Notes under the pieces: model-generated
The model's input: the letters and a program-made list of their open reading frames with translations, nothing else
Database searches by the model: none
What the model was told of the DNA's origin: nothing
Assembly (NCBI GenBank): GCA_963778655.1
Contig: CAVZVA010000005.1
Location: forward strand, 416,001 to 480,000
DNA length: 64,000 nt
Reading direction: 5' to 3'
From: an uncultured delta proteobacterium
GTDB lineage: Bacteria > Myxococcota_A > Polyangia > Polyangiales > JAFGIB01
Part shown: one piece after another, positions 9,909 through 22,584 of the stretch
Position numbering within the stretch: position 1 is the stretch's first letter
How the letters are laid out: the number at the start of each line of letters is the position of its first letter
Program-made: the position numbers and the translations under genes

Positions 9909-9981
9909 TCACAGGCAGACGGGAAGGCGGCAAGCCCGAACACTTGTTTCATCCTTCCCGTCTTCCCGCTGTCCTGTTTCA
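9909..9981. repeat. REP-like family A palindrome (acaggaag-rcgggaag ... cttcccgy-cttcctgt)
   Basis: Imperfect inverted repeat built from ~8-mer rcgggaag units; between convergent genes. Confidence 0.65.
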
Positions 9982-9995
9982 TTTTCCGGAGATCT

Positions 9996-10955
9996 TCACG
10001 CGCGCGCGGCGCCGAACGCCAGCACCTCGCCGATCTCGCGGGCGCCCAGCAACAGCATCAGCAGGCGGTCGACGCCGAGCGCGTTGCCACCGCTGGGCGG
10101 CATGCCGCGAGCGAGCGCGGACAGAAAGCGCTCGTCGATCGGGTAGGCCGGCTTGCCCAGCCGCGCGCGCGCTTGCAGGTCCGCCTCGAGCCGCCGGCGC
10201 TGCTCGGCGGCATCGGTCAGCTCGGAGAAGCCGTTGCACAGCTCCACGCCGTCCAGATACGCCTCGAAGCGCTCGGCCACGCTGGGGTCTGTGGGACACA
10301 ACCGCGCCAGCGCGGCCATGCTCGCCGGATAGTGGGTGAGGAAGGTGGGCTTGCCGCGCCCTAGCTGCGGCTCCACGCGTTCGATCAGCGTGCGGTAGAA
10401 GCGCTCCTCGTCGGGCAGCAGGTCCTCGACCGCCACTCCCGCGTGGCGCAGGAAGGCCTCGCGCACGCTCAGCCGTGGCCAGGGCGGGCTGACGTCGAGC
10501 TCGGCGTCGCGGCCGGGGATGGTCGTGCCGCCGAGCAGCGTGCGCGCCACGTGCGCGACCAGCTGCTCGGTGTCCTGCATCATCTGCTCGAAGTCGCTGC
10601 CCGCTCGGTACCACTCCAGCAGGGTGAACTCGGGCTCGTGCAGCGCGCCCAGCTCCTCGCCGCGGTAGACCTTGCATAGCTGGTAGATGCGCGGCAGCCC
10701 CGCCGCGAGCAGTCGCTTCATGTGGTACTCGGGGCTGGTGTGCAGAAAGCGCGACGCGCCGGCGCCGCGTACCTGAAGCGCCGTGAGGTGCAGCTCGACA
10801 CCCGGGCTCGGCACCAACGCCGGCGTCTCCACCGCGATGAAGCCGGCCTGGTCGAAGAACGCGCGCAGCGCCTGCAGCGCAGCGTGCCGGTGGCGCAAGG
10901 CGTCGAGGGTAGCAGTGGGGGCCCAGTCGGCGGCGCGCTGCGCGCCCTGCGTCAT
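9996..10955 (-). CDS. epmA: EF-P lysine aminoacylase EpmA (GenX/PoxA)
   Basis: LHTSPEYHMKRLLAAG, HEPEFTLLEWY, AERFE, ELCNGFSELTD, GNALGVDRL; overlaps efp stop. Confidence 0.93.
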   Translation of the reverse strand: MTQGAQRAADWAPTATLDALRHRHAALQALRAFFDQAGFIAVETPALVPSPGVELHLTALQVRGAGASRFLHTSPEYHMKRLLAAGLPRIYQLCKVYRGEELGALHEPEFTLLEWYRAGSDFEQMMQDTEQLVAHVARTLLGGTTIPGRDAELDVSPPWPRLSVREAFLRHAGVAVEDLLPDEERFYRTLIERVEPQLGRGKPTFLTHYPASMAALARLCPTDPSVAERFEAYLDGVELCNGFSELTDAAEQRRRLEADLQARARLGKPAYPIDERFLSALARGMPPSGGNALGVDRLLMLLLGAREIGEVLAFGAARA

Positions 10956-11515
10956 TTCTTGACGCGCTCGCAGTAAGCCCCGGTGCGGGTGTCGATGCGA
11001 AGCGTCTCGCCTTCCTCGATGAAGAGCGGCACCTGCACCTCCAGCCCGGTCTCGAGCTTGGCGGGCTTGGTGGCGTTGCTGCTGGTGTCGCCCTTGAAGC
11101 CGGGCTCCGTGCTCTCCACCTTGAGCTCGACGAAGTTCGGCGGGGTCGCGCCCACCGGACGCCCGCTGACGAACAACACGTCGACCATCAGGCCGTCGAT
11201 CATGTAGCTCTGCGCGTCGCCCACCAGCTCCGGCGTGAGCTGCATCTGCTCGTAGGTGCCGGTGTCCATGAACACGAACATGTCGGCCTCCTTGTACAGG
11301 AACTGCATCTGGCGGTCCTCCACGTCGGCCGGCTGCAGCTTGTCGCCGGAGCGGAAGGTACGCTCGAGCACCGATCCGGTGAGCAGGTTCTTGAGCTTGG
11401 TGCGCGTGAACGCCTGCCCTTTGCCCGGCTTGACGAACTGGAACTCGATCACCGAGTAGGGGTTGCCGTCGATGGTGACCTTGAGGCCCTTCTTGATGTC
11501 CGAGGTGTCGTACAC
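10952..11515 (-). CDS. efp: Elongation factor P
   Basis: VKPGKGQAF, PGFKGDT, VPLFI, IDTRTG. Confidence 0.97.
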   Translation of the reverse strand: MYDTSDIKKGLKVTIDGNPYSVIEFQFVKPGKGQAFTRTKLKNLLTGSVLERTFRSGDKLQPADVEDRQMQFLYKEADMFVFMDTGTYEQMQLTPELVGDAQSYMIDGLMVDVLFVSGRPVGATPPNFVELKVESTEPGFKGDTSSNATKPAKLETGLEVQVPLFIEEGETLRIDTRTGAYCERVKK

Positions 11516-11539
11516 GGTCTCTCTCCTATGCGCCTTCCG

Positions 11540-11962
11540 CTATTGCAGCTGGATCTTCTCGCTCGCGATCACCTGGTCGCCCGGCGCGTTCGGCCGCGCG
11601 CTACGCTCGGCGGTAATCATGACCGTGAAATGCCGAAAAGGGCTAGTGGCCGCCAGGTCTCCGGTGCGCTGCTCGCTGTTGTACTTGAGCACGCCGGCCC
11701 ACACCGCGGCCCCCCGTTGTGGCACGAACCACACCACGTAGGCGGTCAGGTCGTCGCGGATCCGGCTCGGCGGCCGCAGGTACTCCAGGTGCGTGGCGAC
11801 CTGGGTGCTGCCGCCCTCCAGCGCGTCCACCTCGACCGTACCCGAGGCGTTGGGCGCGCGGGCGTTGCCGATCACCACGTAGCGCCCGTCGGCCCCACAG
11901 CTCCACAGCAGCAGGCCCGCGCTCCATGCGAGCAGCAGCAAGCGCCAGCGCGGTACGGTCAT
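11540..11962 (-). CDS. Hypothetical lipoprotein
   Basis: Signal peptide with LWSC lipobox; beta-rich domain ending ITAE. Confidence 0.7.
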   Translation of the reverse strand: MTVPRWRLLLLAWSAGLLLWSCGADGRYVVIGNARAPNASGTVEVDALEGGSTQVATHLEYLRPPSRIRDDLTAYVVWFVPQRGAAVWAGVLKYNSEQRTGDLAATSPFRHFTVMITAERSARPNAPGDQVIASEKIQLQ

Positions 11963-12065
11963 TCGGCTTTCTCCCGGGTTCACAGAGCTGTCGGCTTGTA
12001 GGCTGAGGTCCCGACCCCGTCAAGTCGGGCGGTTGGCGCGGGCCCGGGCAGCATCCCGCCGGGCC

Positions 12066-12152
12066 ATGAACCAGGAAGACAGGAAGGTCCGACGATCATT
12101 CGGACGCCAGTCGCAAGCGACTCTTCCTCCCGCCTTCCCGCCTTCCCGTGAT
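12066..12152. repeat. REP-like family A palindrome
   Basis: atgaaccaggaagacaggaagg ... cctcccgccttcccgccttcccgtgat. Confidence 0.65.
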
Positions 12153-12217
12153 TCCCGAAATCCGGGCGCCGTTCGGTGGGCTTGCAGGGGCTGCCGCGGC
12201 ACGTTATCCCGGCAGCG

Positions 12218-13108
12218 ATGCGCGACACCGACGACGAGATCCTCGAGATCAAGACCGAGATCATCGAGTCCCGCGGGCTGATCATCAAGACCAACAACCT
12301 GACCAACTCGCTGGCTGCCGACATCAAGTCGATTGCCAAGCGGCAGGCGGGCTATGAGCGGCGCTTCACCTGGAACAGCGCGGTCGCCTACGTGCTGTTC
12401 GCCACGCTCTCGTTCGTGGGGCTGAAGCTGTGGTCGGACGTCCGTATCAACGAGATCGGCTCCGAAAAGGAGGAGCTGACCCAGCAGGTGCACAAGCTGC
12501 GCCAGGATCTGGAGGAGGAGACGCGCAGGGCGGAGAAGCGCGAGCAGGCCGAGGCCAAGGCGTCGGCCTACTACGACATGATCCGCAAGAAAGACTACTC
12601 GCGCGTGGTCGAGGGCTACGACGACATCCGCCAGGAGCAGCTGTCCAAAGCCGAGGCGGAGTTCTTCCGCGATACCGAGGAGCGCTTTCGCTTGCAGCTC
12701 TCAGTCAACGCCTACCAGAGCGGGCTCGGAATGATGCACACCGGCCGCTACGCCGAGGCGGCCGAGTCGTTTCAGGAAGCGATCCGGCTCAAGGACGAGG
12801 CCTCGCACATCCCGGCGGTCAAGCTCAACCTGGCACAGGCCATGTGGCACCTGGGACGCGCCGGCGAGGCGTCGGTGCTGGCCCAGGAGGTGATCGACCA
12901 GAACATCGACAAGGAGCTGCAGGACGACGCGACCTGGCTTCTCAGCGAGTGCGCCGAGGACCTCGGCAACATCGATGACGCGCGCAACGCGCTGCGCATG
13001 CTGCTGCGGCGCTGGCCGCGCTCGGCGCTGGTGCCCGATGCGATGAAGCGGCTGAACGAGCTGACGATCAAGGTCTGGAAGACCAAGAGCAGCAAGAGCA
13101 AGACCTGA
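12218..13108 (+). CDS. Membrane-anchored coiled-coil/TPR protein
   Basis: One TM segment (AVAYVLFATLSFVGL), coiled coil, C-terminal TPRs ending RWPRS. Confidence 0.8.
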   Translation: MRDTDDEILEIKTEIIESRGLIIKTNNLTNSLAADIKSIAKRQAGYERRFTWNSAVAYVLFATLSFVGLKLWSDVRINEIGSEKEELTQQVHKLRQDLEEETRRAEKREQAEAKASAYYDMIRKKDYSRVVEGYDDIRQEQLSKAEAEFFRDTEERFRLQLSVNAYQSGLGMMHTGRYAEAAESFQEAIRLKDEASHIPAVKLNLAQAMWHLGRAGEASVLAQEVIDQNIDKELQDDATWLLSECAEDLGNIDDARNALRMLLRRWPRSALVPDAMKRLNELTIKVWKTKSSKSKT

Positions 13109-13124
13109 AGGCGGGTCCAGCGCA

Positions 13125-13742
13125 CTACCGCAGCACGCCGACGATTCGCGGTTGCTCGCTCGGACGCACCACGACTTCGCGGAAGCAGGGGAAGCGCGAG
13201 CCTGTCCCGATCGGCCAGGCCGGCAGCGTGACCCGCAGATCCTGCGCGCCGAGGCCCACGGGCAGCGGCGCCGCCCCGCCGGCCTGCGCAACCGGCCGTA
13301 CCCGCAGCGCGTCTCGATGCGCCGGCGTCGGGGCGCGTTGCAGCGGCTCGAAGCTGAGCCCGCGCCGCACGCGCAGGCAGCGTTCGAGCACCGCGGCGCG
13401 CGGCTCGATCAATCCGCTCGCCAGCTCGACTACGTGCTCGGCCAGCAACGCCTCGAGCGCGTCCGGGTCGGGCTCGCGTAGCGCGCGCGCAAGCGCCCGC
13501 GCGACCGCGCGGGCTTGCTCGTCGGGGGCCGTTAGCGCGAGCGCGGGGCCGCGGCCGGGCTCGTGCGGGCGAGGACGCGGCGTGTAGGGCAGCCGCTCGC
13601 GCTCCACGAAGCGCGCCTCGGGCGGGTAGGGCGCGGCGGCGCTCGCTCCGCCACAGCCCGCCGCGAGCAGCGCCAGCAGCACGCCGCGGCCGGCGAGCTG
13701 AAGGCCACCGCGCCGATGTCCCCGCGTGCCCGCGCCCGACAT
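13125..13742 (-). CDS. Hypothetical lipoprotein
   Basis: LLAAGC lipobox; 8 bp downstream of the GATase gene on the same strand. Confidence 0.6.
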   Translation of the reverse strand: MSGAGTRGHRRGGLQLAGRGVLLALLAAGCGGASAAAPYPPEARFVERERLPYTPRPRPHEPGRGPALALTAPDEQARAVARALARALREPDPDALEALLAEHVVELASGLIEPRAAVLERCLRVRRGLSFEPLQRAPTPAHRDALRVRPVAQAGGAAPLPVGLGAQDLRVTLPAWPIGTGSRFPCFREVVVRPSEQPRIVGVLR

Positions 13743-13750
13743 CGGGCGGC

Positions 13751-14566
13751 TCAGAGCGACTGGCTGCTCACTTGCAGGTCGCGGTCGACGCAGACCACCT
13801 CGCCTTCGGCCACCTCGCGGTAGCCGGTTGGCACCTGCGCTCCTCCGTAGCTCGCCACGATCACGTAGCGCACGGCCTGCTCGCTCGCCGGCGTGCCGCC
13901 CGCGCCTTCGCTGCCGCGCAGAACCAGGCGGTCGCGCTGCGCCAGGGCCAGCGGGCTGCCGCGTCGCAGCACGTAGAGCTGCCGGCCGTTGGTGAGCGCG
14001 AGCGTGAGGCTGCCAGGGCTGGCGCCGACCTCGCGCGTGTGGCGGTCGGCAAGCGTGACCGCGCCGCGCAGCGCGCCGACCACCGCCGCCTCACTCACGT
14101 CGACCGCGTCGAGATGGCCACTGTCGTGCAGGAAAGACAGCACCACGTGAAACAGCAGCTCGCTGTCGGTCTGCCCGCGGATGTTGCGCCGCAGGAAGTC
14201 GGGCAGCGATTCGAGCATGCGTTCGCGCAACGCGGCGTAGCCCGCGACCTCGCCGACGTGCGCGAACAGCCACTGGCGCATGCGGAAGGGCTGGGTGTTG
14301 TCGGCGCGGCGATCGCCGACCGTGGCTTCACGCACGTGCGCGATCACCACGTGCGAGCGCACTCCGTCGAGCACGCCGCTCCAGGCCACCTGACCTTCGA
14401 TCGGCTGGGGCAGCTTGCGGTGCAGGGCCTCGCCGGCCTGGTAGAAGCCGGCGCCCCAGCCGTCGGCGCCCCGGGGCAAGCTGACGTCGAGCACGTCGCG
14501 CTCCTCGAGCAGGGCAGCGCCCAGCAGGTCCGGTCGGGAAATCATGCACGCAAACAGCAATCCCAT
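13751..14566 (-). CDS. Class II glutamine amidotransferase-like protein (YafJ/EgtC family)
   Basis: DGWGAGFY, AHVREAT, NTQPF, WLFAH, GQTDSE; the N-terminal nucleophile Cys is not evident (MGLLF). Confidence 0.8.
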   Translation of the reverse strand: MGLLFACMISRPDLLGAALLEERDVLDVSLPRGADGWGAGFYQAGEALHRKLPQPIEGQVAWSGVLDGVRSHVVIAHVREATVGDRRADNTQPFRMRQWLFAHVGEVAGYAALRERMLESLPDFLRRNIRGQTDSELLFHVVLSFLHDSGHLDAVDVSEAAVVGALRGAVTLADRHTREVGASPGSLTLALTNGRQLYVLRRGSPLALAQRDRLVLRGSEGAGGTPASEQAVRYVIVASYGGAQVPTGYREVAEGEVVCVDRDLQVSSQSL

Positions 14567-14715
14567 GTGTAGATGATGAGTATAGTCCATCGGCGCGGCG
14601 GTGGAGGCGCCGACGCGCAGGTTTGTCGCGAATCTTACGCGAGGCGGGGGCAGCCGCGCGCCGCGGTCGCGCTGCGCGCTACGCGCCGCGCGCGAGCCTG
14701 CGTGTGCGTCCCCAC

Positions 14716-14880
14716 CTACTCGGATGTGGTCTGCTCGAGCGCGCGGCGCAAGCCCTGCCGCGTGCGGCGCAGCGCAGCGCTGCGCGCCCGGCGTTCGAGC
14801 GCGCGCAGCACCACCACACACGCGGCCGCGAAGCTCAGGACGAGCGCCGCGGGCCAGACGTCGATGCCGAGGTAGGACAT
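14716..14880 (-). CDS. Putative small membrane protein (54 aa)
   Basis: MSYLGIDVWPAALVLSFAAACVVVLR TM helix followed by a basic tail; AAGGA upstream. Confidence 0.45.
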   Translation of the reverse strand: MSYLGIDVWPAALVLSFAAACVVVLRALERRARSAALRRTRQGLRRALEQTTSE

Positions 14881-14986
14881 GCCGGCACCGTCCTTCGCGG
14901 CCAGCATGGGTGTTGTGCGGCAGCCCCGCAAGCTGGCTTGTGGCGCATTATTGGGCGGCTTTCCAGGCTTGTGGTACGAAACCGCA

Positions 14987-15880
14987 GTGGCCGCAGTCGA
15001 CGACGGGTGGGTCGATCTGTACCTGGACCACCTGCAGGTCGAGCGCTGTCTGGGCGCGCGCACCGTCAGCGCCTACGCCGGCGATCTGCGCCGCGTCCTG
15101 AGCTGGCTCGAAGGCCGCGGGCTCACGCTCGCAACTTTCGACGCGGGGGCGTTGAGCGGGCTGCTGCTGGACTTCTCGCGCCAGGGCCTGAGCGCACGCT
15201 CGCAGGGACGCTTGCTCTCCAGCCTGCGCGGGCTGTTCCGCTATCTCGGGCAGGAGGGCCTCACGGAAAATTGTCCCACCGCGCTGGTCGCCTCCCCCAG
15301 GCTGACGCGCAAGCTGCCCGCCCTGCTCAACCGCGAGGAGGTGCTGCGCTTGCTGGGCGCACCGGACCCGGACCACCCGCGCGGGGTGCGCGATACCGCG
15401 ATGTTGCACGTGATGTACGCCGCCGGGCTGCGCGTCTCGGAGCTGGTGGGGCTGCCGCTCGGCGACACGGACCTGCGCGCCGGGTACGTGCGGGTGACGG
15501 GCAAGGGAGACAAGCGTCGACTGGTGCCGCTGGGTCAGCTGGCCTGCGGGGCGGTCGAGCGCTATCTCGCACAGGTGCGGCCGCGCTGGGCGGCGCCAGG
15601 CGAAAAGCGGCTGTTCGTGAGCGCGCGCGGAAAGGGCCTGAGCCGGCAGGCGTTCTGGAAGGCGATCAAGCAGCACGCGGCCGCCGCCGGCATCACCAAG
15701 CAGATGACGCCACACATGCTGCGCCACTCGTTCGCGACGCACATGCTGCAAGGCGGTGCCGACCTGCGCGTCGTTCAGACCATGCTCGGCCACGCCGACA
15801 TCAGCACCACCCAGATCTATACCCACGTCACCGGCGATCACCTGCGCGAGATGCACCGCCGCTGCCATCCACGGGCCTGA
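14987..15880 (+). CDS. xerD: Tyrosine recombinase XerD
   Basis: [74 protein letters not shown]. Confidence 0.9.
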   Translation: MAAVDDGWVDLYLDHLQVERCLGARTVSAYAGDLRRVLSWLEGRGLTLATFDAGALSGLLLDFSRQGLSARSQGRLLSSLRGLFRYLGQEGLTENCPTALVASPRLTRKLPALLNREEVLRLLGAPDPDHPRGVRDTAMLHVMYAAGLRVSELVGLPLGDTDLRAGYVRVTGKGDKRRLVPLGQLACGAVERYLAQVRPRWAAPGEKRLFVSARGKGLSRQAFWKAIKQHAAAAGITKQMTPHMLRHSFATHMLQGGADLRVVQTMLGHADISTTQIYTHVTGDHLREMHRRCHPRA

Positions 15881-15971
15881 AAGTCTGTGTAGGGGGCGCG
15901 GTACGTGCCGCCCGCCGGCTCGACGCGCACCCGCCCCCGGGGGTAGGAGACGGTGTAAGTCAGCGAGAGCA

Positions 15972-15982
15972 TGTGGTATAAG
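15972..15982 (+). promoter_or_regulatory. Possible extended -10 promoter of icd operon
   Basis: tgtggTATAAG about 90 bp upstream of the icd ATG. Confidence 0.35.
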
Positions 15983-16070
15983 GCCGCGCCCCGGGCGCGC
16001 CGCGGTCCTGGCTCCGCCGATCGCGGCGCCGACCGTACACAGGGGCCGACCTTCAGGCAGGAGGCACCCA

Positions 16071-17378
16071 ATGCAGAAGCCGCTCTTTTCCGGACCCGCG
16101 AACGGTACTCCGATCACCATGGGCGACGACGGTCGCCTGCGGGTGCCCGACCAGCCCATCGTCCCGTTCATCGAGGGCGATGGCACCGGCCCCGACATTT
16201 GGCGTGCATCGCAGCGCGTCCTCGACGGCGCGGTGGCGAAGGCCTACGGCGGCAAGCGCAAGATCGCCTGGTGGGAGGTCTACGCCGGAGAGAAGTCCTT
16301 CAAGCAGTTCAACACCTGGCTGCCCGACGAGACCGTCGAGGGCTTCCGCAAGTACCTGGTCGGCATCAAGGGGCCGCTGACCACCCCGATCGGGGGCGGC
16401 ATCCGCTCGCTCAACGTGGCGCTGCGCCAGATGCTCGACCTGTACGTGTGCCTGCGGCCGGTGCGCTGGTTCGAGGGCGTGCCCTCGCCGGTCAAGGCGC
16501 CGCAAGACGTCGACATGGTGATCTTCCGCGAGAACACCGAGGACATCTACGCCGGCATCGAGTTCGAGGCGGGCAGCGACGACACCAAGCAGCTGCTGGC
16601 GATGATCGCGCAGCACTTCCCCGACCGCTACGAGCGCATCCGCTTCCCAGAGAGCACCGCGCTCGGCATCAAGCCGGTGTCGCGGGAAGGCACCGAGCGG
16701 TTGGTGCGCGCGGCGATCGAGTACGCGCTGCGCAACGGCCGCAAGAGTGTAACCTTCGTCCACAAGGGCAATATCATGAAGTTCACCGAGGGTGCGTTCC
16801 GCAACTGGGGCTACGCCCTGGCCGAGCGCGAGTTCGGGGACAAGGTCTACAGCTGGGAGCAATGGGAGCGCACCAAGGGCAAGCAGGGCGAGGACGCGGC
16901 CAACGCCGAGCAGAGCGCGGCGCTCAAGGGCGGCAAGCTGTTGATCAAGGACGCGATCGCGGACATCACACTGCAGCAGGTACTGACGCGGCCGCGCGAT
17001 TTCGACGTGATCGCGACGCTCAACCTCAACGGCGACTACCTGTCGGACGCGCTGGCCGCGCAGGTGGGGGGCATCGGCATCGCGCCGGGCGGCAACATCA
17101 ACTACGTGACGGGGCACGCCATCTTCGAGGCCACTCACGGCACCGCGCCCAAGTACGCCGACAAGGACGTGGTCAACCCGGGCTCGGTGACGCTCAGCGG
17201 CGAAATGATGCTGCGGTACATGGGCTGGCCCGAGGCCGCGGACCTGGTGCTCAAGGGCCTGGACGGAGCGATCGCGGCCAAGACGGTAACCTATGACTTC
17301 CACCGCCAGATGCAGGGCGCCAAGAAGGTCAAGTGCTCGGAGTTCGGCAGCGAAGTCATCAAGCACATGAACGACTGA
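16071..17378 (+). CDS. icd: NADP-dependent isocitrate dehydrogenase
   Basis: [61 protein letters not shown]. Confidence 0.97.
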   Translation: MQKPLFSGPANGTPITMGDDGRLRVPDQPIVPFIEGDGTGPDIWRASQRVLDGAVAKAYGGKRKIAWWEVYAGEKSFKQFNTWLPDETVEGFRKYLVGIKGPLTTPIGGGIRSLNVALRQMLDLYVCLRPVRWFEGVPSPVKAPQDVDMVIFRENTEDIYAGIEFEAGSDDTKQLLAMIAQHFPDRYERIRFPESTALGIKPVSREGTERLVRAAIEYALRNGRKSVTFVHKGNIMKFTEGAFRNWGYALAEREFGDKVYSWEQWERTKGKQGEDAANAEQSAALKGGKLLIKDAIADITLQQVLTRPRDFDVIATLNLNGDYLSDALAAQVGGIGIAPGGNINYVTGHAIFEATHGTAPKYADKDVVNPGSVTLSGEMMLRYMGWPEAADLVLKGLDGAIAAKTVTYDFHRQMQGAKKVKCSEFGSEVIKHMND

Positions 17379-18353
<975 letters not shown>

Positions 18354-18375
18354 GCCAAAGGCGAAGGAGACCCGG

Positions 18376-19554
<1,179 letters not shown>

Positions 19555-19556
19555 CG

Positions 19557-20429
19557 GTGGCCATCCTCGTCAACGCCGACACCAAGGTTCTGGTGCAAGG
19601 CATCACCGGCGCGTACGGCGCCAATCACACCCGCTGGTGCATGGAGTACGGCACCAAGGTGGTCGCGGGCGTCACTCCTGGCAAAGGCGGCCAGAAGTTC
19701 GAGGACAAGGTCCCGATCTTCAATACCGTGGTGGAGGCTGCGGAAAAGAGCGGTGCGAACGCCTCGATGATCTTCGTGCCGCCGCCGTTCGCGGCCGACG
19801 CCATCCTCGAGGCGATCGACGCCGGCATCGAGCTGGTGGCGTGCATCACCGAGGGCATTCCGGCAACCGACATGATCAAGGTACGCCGCGTGCTCGACGG
19901 CCAGGGCCGCACGCGCCTGGTCGGGCCCAACTGCCCGGGTGTGATCACGCCCGGGCAGTGCAAGATCGGGATCATGCCGGGCCACATCCACAAGCCCGGC
20001 CAGGTGGGCGTGGTCTCGCGCAGCGGCACGCTGACCTACGAGGCGGTGGGGCAGCTCACTGCGCTCGGCATTGGCCAGAGCAGCTGTGTGGGGATCGGCG
20101 GCGACCCGGTCAACGGCACCGACTTCGTCGACGTGCTCGAGCTGTTCAACGCCGACCCGGACACGCGCGCGGTGATCATGATCGGCGAGATCGGCGGCAG
20201 CGCCGAGGAGAAGGCCGCCGACTACATCAAGCACGACTTCAAGAAGCCGGTGTGCGGCTTCATCGCCGGCACCACCGCGCCGCCCGGCAAGCGCATGGGC
20301 CATGCCGGCGCGATCATCTCGGGCGGCAAGGGTACCGCCAAGGACAAGATCGCCGCGCTGCAGGCGGCGGGCGTCAAGATCGCGCCCACGCCCTCGGATC
20401 TCGGCACCACCCTGAAGTCGCTATTGTGA
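19557..20429 (+). CDS. sucD: Succinyl-CoA synthetase alpha subunit
   Basis: [29 protein letters not shown]. Confidence 0.97.
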   Translation: MAILVNADTKVLVQGITGAYGANHTRWCMEYGTKVVAGVTPGKGGQKFEDKVPIFNTVVEAAEKSGANASMIFVPPPFAADAILEAIDAGIELVACITEGIPATDMIKVRRVLDGQGRTRLVGPNCPGVITPGQCKIGIMPGHIHKPGQVGVVSRSGTLTYEAVGQLTALGIGQSSCVGIGGDPVNGTDFVDVLELFNADPDTRAVIMIGEIGGSAEEKAADYIKHDFKKPVCGFIAGTTAPPGKRMGHAGAIISGGKGTAKDKIAALQAAGVKIAPTPSDLGTTLKSLL

Positions 20430-20448
20430 TGAGTCCAGCCTCGGAAAC

Positions 20449-20510
20449 CGGAGCGAAGGAAGTCGGAGCGAAGCGACCTAGCGGAAGGGGCGCGTGCCCA
20501 TTCCGATCAT
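20449..20510. repeat. REP-like family B element
   Basis: ggagcgaagcgacctagcggaaggggcgcgtgcccattccgatca. Confidence 0.55.
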
Positions 20511-20529
20511 AAAAAGGAGCTAGAACAAG

Positions 20530-20949
20530 ATGGCAGTCGAACGCACGCTCAGCATCGTCAAGCCGGACGCCGTGGAGAAGAACAGCATCGGCGGGATCGT
20601 GGCGATGATCGAGGCCGCCGGGTTGAAGGTGAAGGCGATGCGGATGGTGCGCCTGTCGCGCCCGCAGGCCGAGGGCTTCTATCACGTTCACCGAGAGCGG
20701 CCGTTCTTCGGCGAGCTGGTGCAGTTCATGACCCGCAGCCCTGTGGTGGTGATGTGCCTCGAGGGCGAGAACGCCATCGCGCGCTATCGCGAGGTGATGG
20801 GCGCCACCGATCCGGCCAAGGCCCCCGCTGGGACCATCCGCAAGAAATACGGCAGCAACATCGGCGAGAACGCCTGCCACGGCTCGGACAGCCCCGAGAC
20901 CGCGGCGTTCGAGGTGTCATACTTCTTTCCGGGCTACGAGCTCGGCTAG
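20530..20949 (+). CDS. ndk: Nucleoside diphosphate kinase
   Basis: [23 protein letters not shown]. Confidence 0.97.
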   Translation: MAVERTLSIVKPDAVEKNSIGGIVAMIEAAGLKVKAMRMVRLSRPQAEGFYHVHRERPFFGELVQFMTRSPVVVMCLEGENAIARYREVMGATDPAKAPAGTIRKKYGSNIGENACHGSDSPETAAFEVSYFFPGYELG

Positions 20950-21040
20950 CCGGCGCGCTGTCCGCAGTTGGCGGCGCAAGCACCGTGCGTGCTCGCGCCT
21001 GCTAAGCTGGTGCGGTGCGCGCGGGCTTGGATCAGGGAGG

Positions 21041-21113
21041 ATCACAGCAAGACGGGAAGACGGGCAGCCCGGATCGAACTGGTTCTTCCCGCCTTCTCGC
21101 CTTCCTGTTTCAT
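21041..21113. repeat. REP-like family A palindrome
   Basis: atcacagcaagacgggaagacgggcag ... cttcccgccttctcgccttcctgtttcat. Confidence 0.7.
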
Positions 21114-21119
21114 GTTCGA

Positions 21120-22484
21120 GTGAGGCTTCTTTGCGCAGGATTGTGCGCCATGTCGGCGTGCGCCAGCGCGGGCACGCACGCGCCCACGGCGCGGACGCAT
21201 GCGCCCGTGGCCCAGGTCGCGCAAACCGACCCTGCGCTCGAGCTGGCGGCGCAGCTGCCCGAGGGCGCGGATCGCTGCGTGGTGGCGCGCCCCTCGCGCC
21301 TGGACCCGGCCCAGCGCGCGCTGCTCTCCAGGATCAGTCAGGCCGAGCCGTTCGCGTGGACGCCGGAGCTCGAGGTGGTGGCCTACGCCAGCGCCGAGCG
21401 TGACCGGCGCGCCGGCCCGCGCGGCAGCGTGAGCCTGCTGTGGGTGGCGGCGCCGCAGTCCCGGGTGCGCGCGGTGCTCGACGCGCGCGCCGGCCTCGAG
21501 CTGGCCTGGGACGAGCCCGCGCGCCCTTGTGGGCCGGCCACATGCCCCGCGCGCGCGCGCTTCGTCGCCGCGCACCTGCTGCGGATCGAGCACGGCAGCT
21601 TCCCCCTGGCCTCCGGGCCGGGCGCCGAGCGTCACTGCCAGCGGATGGCGGAGCGCAACCCGGACGCGCTCGAGCTGGGCTTCATGCGCAACCGCAGCCT
21701 GCGCAGCCTGAGCTTCGGCGGGCTGCCGCTCACCGCCAGCGCAGTGCTGCACGCGGGCCCCTCGGGAGTGCACGTCGCGCGCGTCGACCTGATGCGAAGC
21801 ATGGAGGAAGCCGCGCGCGTGCGTGACGACCCGATGGCGGCCGACGTGCTGCTGTGGCCGGTCGGCTCGATCGGCAGCAACGTGCGGCGCGAGCAGGTCG
21901 ACGCCGAGCTGCACACCGACTACGACGTGATGTGGGAGGACTTGCAGCTGGTGCGCGACGACGAGGCGCGGATGCAGGCGGCCGAGCAGGAAGCCGTCGC
22001 CCTGGTGCATGCTGCGCCCGATGGCCACGGCGACCCGGTGCGCCGGCGCGACGTGCTTGCCGAGCTCGGCTATCGGCTGGATGCGCTGCAGCGCAGCGCG
22101 GGCGACGCGCGTCGCGCGCAGGCCGAGGCCGCGCGCGCGCTGCTGGAGGGCGCGCTCTCGCGTACGCCCGACGACGAGACGCTGGCGCTGCTGCTCTCGG
22201 AGCTGCTGCTGCGCGAGCTGCACGACGGCGGACCGGTGTGCGAGCTGGCGCGACGCTTCGCGCTGGCGGGACCGGCGTCGCAGGCGCGCTGGGGCCTGCT
22301 ATGCCGGAATGCGTCGGCGCTGGCGGGCGTGGAGGCGCTGGCGGCTGCGCTGGTCCAGGACCATCTGGTCGGGCGGCACGCGGGGCAGACCGCCGCCGGC
22401 GCGATCCTCTCGAAGCTGCGCGAGGGCGTGCCCTACGAGCAGGCCGAGCGCGCGGTTCTGGCTCCGCTCAAGCCCGCGCCCTGA
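21120..22484 (+). CDS. Hypothetical lipoprotein
   Basis: GTG start giving RLLCAGLCAMSAC; long GC3-biased ORF. Confidence 0.65.
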   Translation: MRLLCAGLCAMSACASAGTHAPTARTHAPVAQVAQTDPALELAAQLPEGADRCVVARPSRLDPAQRALLSRISQAEPFAWTPELEVVAYASAERDRRAGPRGSVSLLWVAAPQSRVRAVLDARAGLELAWDEPARPCGPATCPARARFVAAHLLRIEHGSFPLASGPGAERHCQRMAERNPDALELGFMRNRSLRSLSFGGLPLTASAVLHAGPSGVHVARVDLMRSMEEAARVRDDPMAADVLLWPVGSIGSNVRREQVDAELHTDYDVMWEDLQLVRDDEARMQAAEQEAVALVHAAPDGHGDPVRRRDVLAELGYRLDALQRSAGDARRAQAEAARALLEGALSRTPDDETLALLLSELLLRELHDGGPVCELARRFALAGPASQARWGLLCRNASALAGVEALAAALVQDHLVGRHAGQTAAGAILSKLREGVPYEQAERAVLAPLKPAP

Positions 22485-22584
22485 GCGCCGCGGCGCTCGG
22501 GGGCGCGAGCCGGGGTGGCGCCGCGGCCTCCGTGGGACTACGTAGAGTGCTGATACGTTCCCGCAGCAGCCGTACCCACGAGCC

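Noticed and set aside
9996..11515. efp-epmA without epmB
   Set aside because: epmB can be unlinked; absence from this window is uninformative
14987..15880. Tyrosine recombinase as a prophage, ICE or integron integrase
   Set aside because: Motifs and length match chromosomal XerD; no att sites, phage genes or cassette array nearby
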